Assembly (NCBI GenBank): GCA_051870785.1
Contig: JBJECF010000058.1
Coordinates: forward strand, 37,601-101,600
Source: Candidatus Aphodosoma sp.
GTDB lineage: Bacteria; Bacteroidota; Bacteroidia; Bacteroidales; Paludibacteraceae
Reading direction: 5' to 3'
DNA: 64,000 bases
The position numbers and the translations under genes are program-made. Numbering within the stretch: the stretch's first letter is position 1; the number at the start of each line of letters is the position of its first letter. Positions 8,439 to 16,724 of this stretch are shown here, one piece after another. Under the pieces are notes generated by a model. It did not search any database and had not been told where the DNA came from. It saw only the letters and a program-made list of their open reading frames with translations.

Positions 8439-9746
8439 CTAATCTTCGCGATGAATATTTGCGCCAATAGCATTAAGTCGAGATTCTATATCTTCGTAGC
8501 CACGGTCGATTTGGTCTATATGGTCGATGCGGCTAACGCCTTCTGCCGCCATAGCAGCAATAAGCATAGCGATACCGGCACGTATATCCGGCGACGTCAT
8601 ATTATTTTTACGAAGTTTTATCTGATGGTCATGCCCTACGACAACGGCTCTATGTGGGTCACAAAGAATGATTTGTGCTCCCATATCAATTAGTTTATCT
8701 ACAAAAAACAGGCGACTTTCAAACATTTTTTGATGTATAAGTACAGTACCTTTTGCTTGAGTAGCCACAACAAGGATAACGGAGAGCAAATCAGGCGTTA
8801 AACCGGGCCAAGGAGCATCGGCTACCGAGAGTATAGACCCATCGAAGAAAGACTCTATTTGATAATGCTCTTGTGCAGGAATATAGATGTCGACGCCTTG
8901 CTGAACGATTTTAATACCGAGGCGACGGAAGGCATCGGGAATAATGCCCAAATCGACATACGACACGTTTTTTATGGTAAGTTCGCTACGAGTAATTGCC
9001 GCCATTCCAATAAACGAGCCCACCTCAATCATATCCGGGAGCAATGTATGTTCGGTGCCGTGTAACGAGTCTACTCCATCGATAGTTAACAAATTGGAAC
9101 CAACGCCGGAAATACGCGCTCCCATATTATTCAGCATGCGACATAACTGCTGGATATATGGCTCGCACGCAGCATTATAGATAGTGGTACGCCCCTCGGC
9201 AAGCACTGCTGCCATAATGATGTTGGCAGTACCGGTAACACTCGCTTCATCGAGCAGCATATATCTACCTGTCAATTTTTCAGCAGTAAAGTGATACGTC
9301 ATTTTTTCATCGTCATAAACAAAAGAGGCACCGAGATTAAGCATTCCCTGGAAATGAGTGTCGAGGCGACGACGACCTATCTTATCGCCACCGGGCTTAG
9401 CATAATAAACCTCTCCGAGGCGAGCAAGGAGCGGACCGATAATCATTACGCTACCACGCAATTTATTACATTTCTTAAAAAAATCTTCTCCAGAGAGATA
9501 GTTCAAATTCAATTCTCGAGCACAAAAGGAGTAACTACCTTTTGCTATCTTATTCACTTCCACACCAATAGATGCCAATAAATTGATTTGATTATTTACA
9601 TCCAATATATCCGGAAGATTATTAATGATTACCTTTTCTTTTGTGAGTAACACGGCACAAAGCACTTGTAAAGCCTCGTTTTTTGCACCTTGCGGGGTAA
9701 TGCTACCATGCAGTTTATGTCCACCTTCTACTACAAAACTTGCCAT
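8439..9746 (-). CDS. murA: UDP-N-acetylglucosamine 1-carboxyvinyltransferase
   Basis: MASFVVEGGHKLHGSITPQGAKNEALQVLCAVLLT..., a length of 435 aa and EPSP-synthase-fold conservation throughout. Confidence 0.95.
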   Translation of the reverse strand: MASFVVEGGHKLHGSITPQGAKNEALQVLCAVLLTKEKVIINNLPDILDVNNQINLLASIGVEVNKIAKGSYSFCARELNLNYLSGEDFFKKCNKLRGSVMIIGPLLARLGEVYYAKPGGDKIGRRRLDTHFQGMLNLGASFVYDDEKMTYHFTAEKLTGRYMLLDEASVTGTANIIMAAVLAEGRTTIYNAACEPYIQQLCRMLNNMGARISGVGSNLLTIDGVDSLHGTEHTLLPDMIEVGSFIGMAAITRSELTIKNVSYVDLGIIPDAFRRLGIKIVQQGVDIYIPAQEHYQIESFFDGSILSVADAPWPGLTPDLLSVILVVATQAKGTVLIHQKMFESRLFFVDKLIDMGAQIILCDPHRAVVVGHDHQIKLRKNNMTSPDIRAGIAMLIAAMAAEGVSRIDHIDQIDRGYEDIESRLNAIGANIHRED

Positions 9747-9782
9747 AATTCTGTTGATTTTAAACGATTAGAATAAAAATTT

Positions 9783-10793
9783 TTAGATATAGATAACCTC
9801 CGGAACAATGCTTATACCAAAGGATTTTTTTACACTATTGGCTACGGATTGTGCCAATACAATAACGTCGTTAGGAGAAGCATTATTTTGATTTACAATA
9901 ACGAGAGGCTGTTTTTCATACACTTTTGCGCCTCCAAAACTTTTTCCTTTCCAGCCACACTGCTCTATAAGCCAAGCGGCAGGGATTTTCACTCCGTCGA
10001 ATTGTAAATAGTGAGGAATATCCGGGAATTGACATTGTAATTTTTCAAAAACATCCATAGGAACTACGGGGTTTTTAAAAAAGCTACCTGCCGAACCTAA
10101 TTCAGCCACATCAGGCAGTTTATTTTTTCGAATATTGATAATTATATCACGTATCTGACTCGGAGTAATATTGTCGACCGTAACCCCTTCAGGGAGATGT
10201 TTTGCCACGTTGCCATATTCAAGAACAGGCTTTGGAATTAAAGACAATCGATATACTACGGAAGTGATGATATACTTACCACACAATTCTTTCTTAAACA
10301 CAGAATCTCTATATCCGTATTGGCACTCATGGAGAGAAAAAGTTTTACGGCATTCGGTAGCAATCTCCACTGTATTGACAGAGTCTATAACATCTTTTAT
10401 TTCGACACCATAAGCACCAACATTTTGCACGGCAGAAGCTCCTGCCTCACCGGGAATATAACTTAGATTTTCTAACCCCCAATAGCCGTTTTCAACGGAA
10501 TAATTGATAAAATCATCGAGTACTACACCTGCTCCAACCTCAAAAAGCACCTCTTGAAGAGTACGCCTAACTTCTTTAAAATAATTAATTTTAGAATGCA
10601 GAATAACACCGTCGAAATTTTTAGTAAAGAGCAGATTTGAGCCTGCACCTACATGAAACATCTTCTTGTTGTTGAATTTAGATAATAATAGGAGCAGCTC
10701 TTCTACATTATCGTACTCTGCAAAAATTTCAGCCTCTACATCCATTCGAAAAGTATTTCTACTTAAAAGGGATGCATTATTTTGAATCTCCAT
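9783..10793 (-). CDS. murB: UDP-N-acetylenolpyruvoylglucosamine reductase
   Basis: FAD-binding VGAGSNLLF motif. The C-terminal AAWLIEQCGWKG...GGAKVYEKQPLVIVN is typical of MurB. Adjacent to murA. Confidence 0.92.
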   Translation of the reverse strand: MEIQNNASLLSRNTFRMDVEAEIFAEYDNVEELLLLLSKFNNKKMFHVGAGSNLLFTKNFDGVILHSKINYFKEVRRTLQEVLFEVGAGVVLDDFINYSVENGYWGLENLSYIPGEAGASAVQNVGAYGVEIKDVIDSVNTVEIATECRKTFSLHECQYGYRDSVFKKELCGKYIITSVVYRLSLIPKPVLEYGNVAKHLPEGVTVDNITPSQIRDIIINIRKNKLPDVAELGSAGSFFKNPVVPMDVFEKLQCQFPDIPHYLQFDGVKIPAAWLIEQCGWKGKSFGGAKVYEKQPLVIVNQNNASPNDVIVLAQSVANSVKKSFGISIVPEVIYI

Positions 10794-10890
10794 AACTTAA
10801 CAAAAAATAAAAGCCGGCATAATGATTACTCACAAGCCGGCACAATCAATAATCAAATAAAGTATATAGAAATGTTATGAAAAAGAAACA

Positions 10891-12051
10891 TTATAAAAAT
10901 ATCCACTGATAAAGCATAAAGAACAAGTGGGCAGCAATACCGGCGCAGAAACCACCTATTGTATGAGCGATGATAGCTTTAGATGTAAGTTTGCGATAGC
11001 CAAGAGAATCGAGCATGGCAGTATGAGTAGATAAATAACCACTCCAACACATACCCATAGCGGTGAATACTGCAATAACGTTACCATCGATAAAATTTTG
11101 TTCAATAAAAGTAGGGATAAGGCCGAGAGCTGCACCTACTGCACCGAGAGCGGTAATAGGGAATGCCACTAACTCAGGATGTTCAAAACCGAAAAGCCAT
11201 TTGAAAATAAAGTCAATTTTTCCGGCAAGATAAGGGAGCACTTTTACACCTTCGTAAGCGGCACCGGTATATGTATTGGAATCGCTATTAGGACCAAAAG
11301 TAAGTATCATCACAAAAGTAGAAATAACGAGTACACCCGGTATGATAGCCAAGCCGAGGTCTACACCGGTTTTACCACCTTCAAGAATTGCATTTAAACC
11401 GCGGAGGAATACGCCTTCTTCTGATTTAAAAGATATTTTCTCTGAGTCACCTTCTACATTTTCAACAACAGGGGCATTATATTCCGGATGATTTTTCAAA
11501 ACAAAACGTTGCATAAGGCGAGTAGAGATAATACTACCGACTACAGAACCGAGAAGACCGATAAGGGCACCGGAACCATAACCTTTTCCGGTCATAAATG
11601 CCAAAACTATAAGTCCCATACCAAAAGCGGTACCGAAATTTGTAAGCGAAATAAGCTGATATTTCTTGAAATAAGAACTAAAGTTCTTGTCGTTTGCAAG
11701 AGAAATAATAGCGGGGTTATCGGAAAGGAAAGTAAGCACTGCACCGAGAGCGGCAACACCAGGTAGGTTGAAGAGTGGCTTCATCAACGGACGTAATATT
11801 TTTTCTAACAAGCGTACTACACCGAACTCCACCAATAATTTTCCTAAAGCACCAGAGAGAACGGTAATTCCCATCAAATAAAGTACAGTGTTCAACAACA
11901 AATCATGCGCCGTTTTCATAATGGTATTCATCATGTTTTCCATACCCATATGGCTACCGATAAAGCCGAATATTCCAAAAAAGATAAGTAGGAATATTAC
12001 CGCCTCTAAAGAGCGCTTGGTAGTAAATTTCATTTTTTGAAAAAATTTCAT
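10891..12051 (-). CDS. Polytopic membrane protein, nucleoside-recognition (Gate)/YjiH-like family (tentative)
   Basis: About 10 predicted TM segments. LRPLMKPLFNLPGVAALGAVLTFLSDNPAII resembles Gate-domain proteins. The family assignment is from memory only. Confidence 0.45.
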   Translation of the reverse strand: MKFFQKMKFTTKRSLEAVIFLLIFFGIFGFIGSHMGMENMMNTIMKTAHDLLLNTVLYLMGITVLSGALGKLLVEFGVVRLLEKILRPLMKPLFNLPGVAALGAVLTFLSDNPAIISLANDKNFSSYFKKYQLISLTNFGTAFGMGLIVLAFMTGKGYGSGALIGLLGSVVGSIISTRLMQRFVLKNHPEYNAPVVENVEGDSEKISFKSEEGVFLRGLNAILEGGKTGVDLGLAIIPGVLVISTFVMILTFGPNSDSNTYTGAAYEGVKVLPYLAGKIDFIFKWLFGFEHPELVAFPITALGAVGAALGLIPTFIEQNFIDGNVIAVFTAMGMCWSGYLSTHTAMLDSLGYRKLTSKAIIAHTIGGFCAGIAAHLFFMLYQWIFL

Positions 12052-12125
12052 CTCTTTTTTATGATTATTTTATTGATTACAAGCGATAGAATTAGATATA
12101 TCAATTTATCGCAGACATTAACTTA

Positions 12126-13337
12126 CTATTTATCCACAGCACGAAGAAGACATTTAACGCCAATGCCTACAACATGAGCTTTGTAATTGTCATTATTGCT
12201 ATGCCAGAAAGCATGTATGCGAACGTCTTTACTATCTTTTATAGGATAGTAATTTATGCCTGCGCCATAGAAAGTATATTTCGTTCCCGGAAGCACGGTA
12301 AGGTCCATAATATCGGTATCTGTGGCAGATTGCGACATGTTATAATCATAACCGCCTTTAAGATAAACATCGAAATACTTGTGAGTATAAATTACCTTAC
12401 CGATGATAGAAAAATCGTTAAAAAAGCCACCACGACCTCCATAACGATTCATATAATCGATCTCAATACTTACAGGGTTGATATTAAATTTATTACCAAG
12501 AGCGATATAATTTATAAATTTATTCTGATCATACTCCATAAAGTTAAGGGAGTAAATGCTTTGGAAATATTTATAATTACCATACCACACAAGGTTATAA
12601 GCATATTTATTCTCGAAACGGTAAGTAGCGGAAGTAAAAGGGGAATTTGTAATTTGAAGTACTATATCGTTTTTTCCATCGGAAGTTGTAAATTTACCTT
12701 GAATACCGAATTCATAGCAAGAAGGGATACCGAGTTCGTAACCACTCCAGAAGAACACATCGATAGGAGCTTTGTCGTATTCAAAACCGCCGACACCAAC
12801 GACGAGTTTACCGGCAGAAACGCTCCAGTTTTTATTGAATTGGCAAGTGAGAATAGCATAATCGGTAGCTTCGAAAAAGTCGGTAAGTTTGGTAAGTTTA
12901 TTCAAGCGATAGCGAAATTTATAAGAGAAATATTTATTAATATCCCCTTGGAGCATAAAATTGAGGAATTTACCGGTAAAGGCGTGAGAATCACGGATAG
13001 AATCTATCCCGGATACATTATATTGCCAATCGGCACGGAGGTCGAAAGCGACATATAGACGACGATTGAAAGTTTCGGCAGGTTTTGTTGCCTCCGGTTC
13101 GGTTAATGATTGTTGCTCACTATTGAGCACTGTATTCAGTGCATCAAGAACCTTTGGGTCGGCATTTCTAAGCACCTCTAAAGCTTGGCGCAATTTTTCA
13201 TCGTTAGAAACGGTGTCGTTAATAGAGACGGCATCGGCTTCACCGGGCTGTACAGAGGTAATTGGCTCCTCTGTATTATTAGAATAGGTAAATCCGATTA
13301 CCGATAAACAAACTATCAGTAATACGATTTTTTTCAT
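12126..13337 (-). CDS. Putative outer-membrane beta-barrel porin
   Basis: Signal peptide MKKIVLLIVCLSVIGFTYS. The body is rich in alternating aromatic/Gly beta-strand patterns. No specific family was confirmed. Confidence 0.45.
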   Translation of the reverse strand: MKKIVLLIVCLSVIGFTYSNNTEEPITSVQPGEADAVSINDTVSNDEKLRQALEVLRNADPKVLDALNTVLNSEQQSLTEPEATKPAETFNRRLYVAFDLRADWQYNVSGIDSIRDSHAFTGKFLNFMLQGDINKYFSYKFRYRLNKLTKLTDFFEATDYAILTCQFNKNWSVSAGKLVVGVGGFEYDKAPIDVFFWSGYELGIPSCYEFGIQGKFTTSDGKNDIVLQITNSPFTSATYRFENKYAYNLVWYGNYKYFQSIYSLNFMEYDQNKFINYIALGNKFNINPVSIEIDYMNRYGGRGGFFNDFSIIGKVIYTHKYFDVYLKGGYDYNMSQSATDTDIMDLTVLPGTKYTFYGAGINYYPIKDSKDVRIHAFWHSNNDNYKAHVVGIGVKCLLRAVDK

Positions 13338-13393
13338 GGTAATGAATTTTAAAATTAAAAGGAAATTTTATAGATATAGATGAGGAAATATTT

Positions 13394-13795
13394 TTAGAAA
13401 GGGAGATCATCGGAATTATCCACACCACCGAAACCGCTCTCAGGATTAGGGGCATCGGTAAAAGAAGGAGGTGGTACGGGACCGAAATCAGGCTCCGGCT
13501 GAGCCACGTTTTGTGCACTATTGAGATGAGTAACTCTGTATGCATTGATAGAGTTAAACCAGCGGCCTTGCCATTCTCGGGCATTGATATCGAACTCGAC
13601 AGAGATATTTTCTCCAAGGTTAATAGCAAATTCGCGGATACGATCTTCTCCGAAAACAGAGAAGCACATGTGGCGAGGATAGTTACCACCGCCCTCAATT
13701 TCTATCACATAATCTTGAGAAACCCAAGCGTTTCCGGCTTTCGAAGTTCCGGAACGTTTTTCTAATATGTTGGTTACCAAACCTTTTAATTCCAT
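13394..13795 (-). CDS. DUF3127-family protein (OB-fold-like, Bacteroidota)
   Basis: MELKGLV...SGTSKAGNAWVSQDYVIE...YPRHMCFSVFGEDRI...FDINAREWQGRWFNSINAYRV matches my recollection of the DUF3127 consensus. Confidence 0.65.
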   Translation of the reverse strand: MELKGLVTNILEKRSGTSKAGNAWVSQDYVIEIEGGGNYPRHMCFSVFGEDRIREFAINLGENISVEFDINAREWQGRWFNSINAYRVTHLNSAQNVAQPEPDFGPVPPPSFTDAPNPESGFGGVDNSDDLPF

Positions 13796-13839
13796 ATATA
13801 TTTAATTTTTCGCAATATTACACTTTAATTTTTCGGGAG

Positions 13840-13847
13840 CAAATTTA
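13840..13847 (-). promoter_or_regulatory. Bacteroidota -7 promoter motif for the DUF3127 gene
   Basis: Plus strand CAAATTTA, i.e. TAAATTTG on the minus strand, 45 nt upstream of the ATG at 13795. Confidence 0.4.
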
Positions 13848-14100
13848 CAAAAAAGTTTTTAATTCACAACAACGATAAGAACATATATTATATCCCCTAC
13901 TCTCAAGGGGCAACTGCAAAACAAATAAAAATTTTTAACAATACTCAAGAAAAAGAAAGAATAAATAATATAGAGTAAAAAGCACACTTGCTTTTTATTT
14001 AAAAAGCTACACAGAAAATCTACAAATAAATTAAAAACATTCACGACAATGTATTTAATATCAAATGATTAAAAAAATTTTAAGATAAAACTGTAAAAAT

Positions 14101-14131
14101 TTTGGCAATCAAAAAAAATACAATATATTTG
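14101..14131 (+). promoter_or_regulatory. Bacteroidota promoter (-33 TTTG / -7 TATATTTG)
   Basis: TTTG at 14101..14104 and TATATTTG at 14124..14131 with a 19-nt spacer, about 50 nt upstream of the ATG at 14180. Confidence 0.5.
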
Positions 14132-14179
14132 CAATCGCAAACAAATAAATTTTTAATAACAGATTAAATTCTAAGTACG

Positions 14180-14737
14180 ATGAAAAAACTACTATTTGTA
14201 CTATTATGTAGTACCGTGATTGTAGCTTCTTGCAATCAAACAAATGAAGTTAAAAGTATTAATGGCAACACTAATACTGAAGAACAAATTCAAAAACAAC
14301 AAGCAAGCAAAATTGTAATTGTCAAAGTAAGCCATGGAAAGAAAAAAGGGAAATGGCCTAATCAAAGGTGTGTTGGTGATGAAACATTCAGATGTTGGAG
14401 ATGGTTTCCAAAAGATGAATTAATAGAAAATGAGGAGATTTTCATGACCGAAAATTATATGATTATGGAATATTCTAATTTAAATCCATCTACAACACCG
14501 GTTGTTTTAAGAATTCCTAAAACACATGAGTATACAAATCAAGAAATGGATTTATACAATTATGTCAAAGAAAATGGAGGATTTGCTGTTTATGAACCAA
14601 TAATAGTAGATGAACCTATTGCTCTTGAATATTTAAATGTTCCAAGCCCTTTAATGGTTGTTCCTAAATTTTACAGAGCAATTCAACAGGAATATAGTAT
14701 ATTATTACCAATAGAGCTAACTATCTACAATGAATAA
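14180..14737 (+). CDS. Hypothetical lipoprotein
   Basis: MKKLLFVLLCSTVIVASC lipobox. AT-rich gene with no recognised domain. Confidence 0.55.
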   Translation: MKKLLFVLLCSTVIVASCNQTNEVKSINGNTNTEEQIQKQQASKIVIVKVSHGKKKGKWPNQRCVGDETFRCWRWFPKDELIENEEIFMTENYMIMEYSNLNPSTTPVVLRIPKTHEYTNQEMDLYNYVKENGGFAVYEPIIVDEPIALEYLNVPSPLMVVPKFYRAIQQEYSILLPIELTIYNE

Positions 14738-14765
14738 ATTTTATACTAATTTAAATTCTATTAAT

Positions 14766-15479
14766 ATGAAAAGATTACTATTTACAGGATTTATGTTGAC
14801 ATTAATAATGTTCAACTCGTGTGTACAATACTGTATAGAAACCGAAAAGAAGTTCAATAATTCTACAAAGTCCTATCCGGACTTAGTACCGGTAAAGGTT
14901 GATGAAATAAAAGCAAAAATCAATCAAGACAATAGTAAATATAAGGTAGTCTATATCTACGAAGTTTGCGACAACTTATTTGGGAAATATATTTCACAAA
15001 CAATTATGCCACAGACTGAAAAAAGTAAAAACAATATAGAGATATATGCAATTGCTTCAAATTGTGGATGGCTCAAAGGCATTAAACCTGAATTTGAAAA
15101 ATATAACATTAACCTGACTCCTTATTACATACATGATAATTCTCCGGAGTATATACTATATAAAAATGTTAAAAACATCGATAAACCGGACAATAGAATA
15201 ACAAGGATTGCCAAGAACTTATTTGCCAATACGGATAAGATGGATAAAATATTAACAAATAATACTTGTTTTGTAGTAAATTCCTACAATAAGATAAAAC
15301 TGGCACGCTATACATGTAACACGAAACAAGGTGCGAAAAGTGTAGTAATTCCTTGTCCTATAGAAAAAATAACGGAACCATTAGACGAGATAGATTTTGA
15401 CTCTATTACAGAAATCAAACAAGAAGCTAATGTAAATGACTATATCTATTTAATATATTTTGAACAGTACGACAGATAA
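14766..15479 (+). CDS. Hypothetical lipoprotein
   Basis: The internal ATG at 14766 gives the MKRLLFTGFMLTLIMFNSC lipobox (the ORF track starts at 14730). No recognised domain. Confidence 0.55.
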   Translation: MKRLLFTGFMLTLIMFNSCVQYCIETEKKFNNSTKSYPDLVPVKVDEIKAKINQDNSKYKVVYIYEVCDNLFGKYISQTIMPQTEKSKNNIEIYAIASNCGWLKGIKPEFEKYNINLTPYYIHDNSPEYILYKNVKNIDKPDNRITRIAKNLFANTDKMDKILTNNTCFVVNSYNKIKLARYTCNTKQGAKSVVIPCPIEKITEPLDEIDFDSITEIKQEANVNDYIYLIYFEQYDR

Positions 15480-15504
15480 TAGATATAGAAGTGAAAAATA
15501 ACAG

Positions 15505-15549
15505 AAGGAGAGATTGGATTATATATAACTTCAATCTCTCCTTTATTAT
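15505..15549. terminator. Rho-independent terminator hairpin (usable from both directions)
   Basis: 12-bp stem AAGGAGAGATTG / CAATCTCTCCTT. An A-rich run lies 5' and a T-rich run 3'. Confidence 0.6.
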
Positions 15550-15561
15550 TTGCTGATATAC

Positions 15562-15591
15562 AATTAAGTGCTATTAGCACTTAATTTTTTG
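15562..15591 (+). terminator. Rho-independent terminator
   Basis: 11-bp stem AATTAAGTGCT / AGCACTTAATT with a 3-nt loop, followed by TTTT. Confidence 0.65.
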
Positions 15592-15620
15592 TTATTTAAC
15601 AATTTACCGGATATTTAGTT

Positions 15621-16652
15621 TTACAACTGCTTGATAAACATATCTACATCATCGGCTTTTGTCGACCAATCGGTAACGAAACGAACAGGAGTTTCTTTTT
15701 CACCTCTCGGCCCCCAATATTCAAAAGAGGCATATTCTGACAAGCGGTCTATTTCGCTGTTAGGTAATATTACGAACTGCTGATTTGTTGGCGAATCAAT
15801 AAACAAGCGGTAACCTTTTTCCACAAAAGCCTTTTTCAATTTCATAGCTTGTTCTACAGCATGACGAGCTATTTTAAAGTATAAACCATCAGTAAAAAGG
15901 GTTTCGAATTGCAAGCCGAGTAGTCGCCCTTTCGCCAGCAATGCTCCGTGTTGCTTGATAAGAGAGAAAAAACGAGGTAATAGATTATCACGAGTAACCA
16001 CCACTGCCTCACCAAAAAGCGCACCTACTTTGGTTCCACCGATATAAAACACGTCACAAAGCCGTGCTATATCTTGTATAGTAACGTCTGTATCATCTGC
16101 CATTAGTCCATATCCAAGGCGCGCACCATCGAGATATAAAGGTATATTTGCTTCATGACAAACCATGCTTATATCTTCCAATTCTTTCAACGAATATAGA
16201 GTACCAAGCTCGGTAGGATGAGAGATATATACCATACCTGGTTGAACCATATGTTGCCAAGTATCATCCCGATAGAAATCAGCGATATATTGTTTCAATT
16301 CCTTAGGATTTAATTTACCGTCATGGGCAGGAAGTGCCAGTACTTTATGTCCGGAAGCCTCTATAGCTCCTGATTCATGCACGTTAACATGCCCGAATTC
16401 CGTTGCAATAACACCCTCGTATTGATGTAGTAATCCATCGATAACGGTAGCATTAGTTTGGGTGCCTCCTACAAGGAAGTGTACCCTACCTTGTTTGAGT
16501 CCGCACATATCGAGAATGAGTTTCTCTGCCGAACGAGTATAGTCGTCATAACCATATCCCGGTGTTTTTAATAGATTTGTTTCGCTTAAACGGCGCATTA
16601 TTTCGGGATGAGCCCCTGCTATGTAGTCGCAATCAAAATGAATCTTATCCAT
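15621..16652 (-). CDS. PLP-dependent threonine aldolase-like / beta-eliminating lyase family enzyme
   Basis: Fold-type I PLP pattern, with FYIGGTKVGALFGEAVV carrying the candidate Schiff-base Lys. About 340 aa. ATG at 16652 is preferred over the track's TTG at 16661. Confidence 0.75.
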   Translation of the reverse strand: MDKIHFDCDYIAGAHPEIMRRLSETNLLKTPGYGYDDYTRSAEKLILDMCGLKQGRVHFLVGGTQTNATVIDGLLHQYEGVIATEFGHVNVHESGAIEASGHKVLALPAHDGKLNPKELKQYIADFYRDDTWQHMVQPGMVYISHPTELGTLYSLKELEDISMVCHEANIPLYLDGARLGYGLMADDTDVTIQDIARLCDVFYIGGTKVGALFGEAVVVTRDNLLPRFFSLIKQHGALLAKGRLLGLQFETLFTDGLYFKIARHAVEQAMKLKKAFVEKGYRLFIDSPTNQQFVILPNSEIDRLSEYASFEYWGPRGEKETPVRFVTDWSTKADDVDMFIKQL

Positions 16653-16662
16653 ATCAATCAAG

Positions 16663-16697
16663 AAAAAAGAGTAGGCATATTTTTCACGCCTACTCTT
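16663..16697 (-). terminator. Rho-independent terminator of secDF
   Basis: 10-bp stem AAGAGTAGGC / GCCTACTCTT. On the minus strand it is followed by a T-run (plus-strand A-run 16663..16668). It directly abuts the aldolase start. Confidence 0.7.
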
Positions 16698-16724
16698 GTA
16701 TTTAATATTATGCTAATTTACAGA

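Noticed and set aside
12174-13058. 294-codon plus-strand ORF
   Set aside because: It lies entirely antisense to the well-supported porin gene (12126..13337), and its product is Ile/Phe/Lys-rich nonsense. This is a typical shadow ORF in AT-rich DNA.
13279-13698. 139-codon minus-strand ORF overlapping the DUF3127 gene
   Set aside because: It is an out-of-frame overlap with a gene whose product matches a known family. The alternative product is Ser/Leu-rich with no motif.
13859-14044. 61-codon minus-strand ORF in the 13796..14179 spacer
   Set aside because: The hydrophobic low-complexity product overlaps the promoter region of the divergent genes. No supporting signal.
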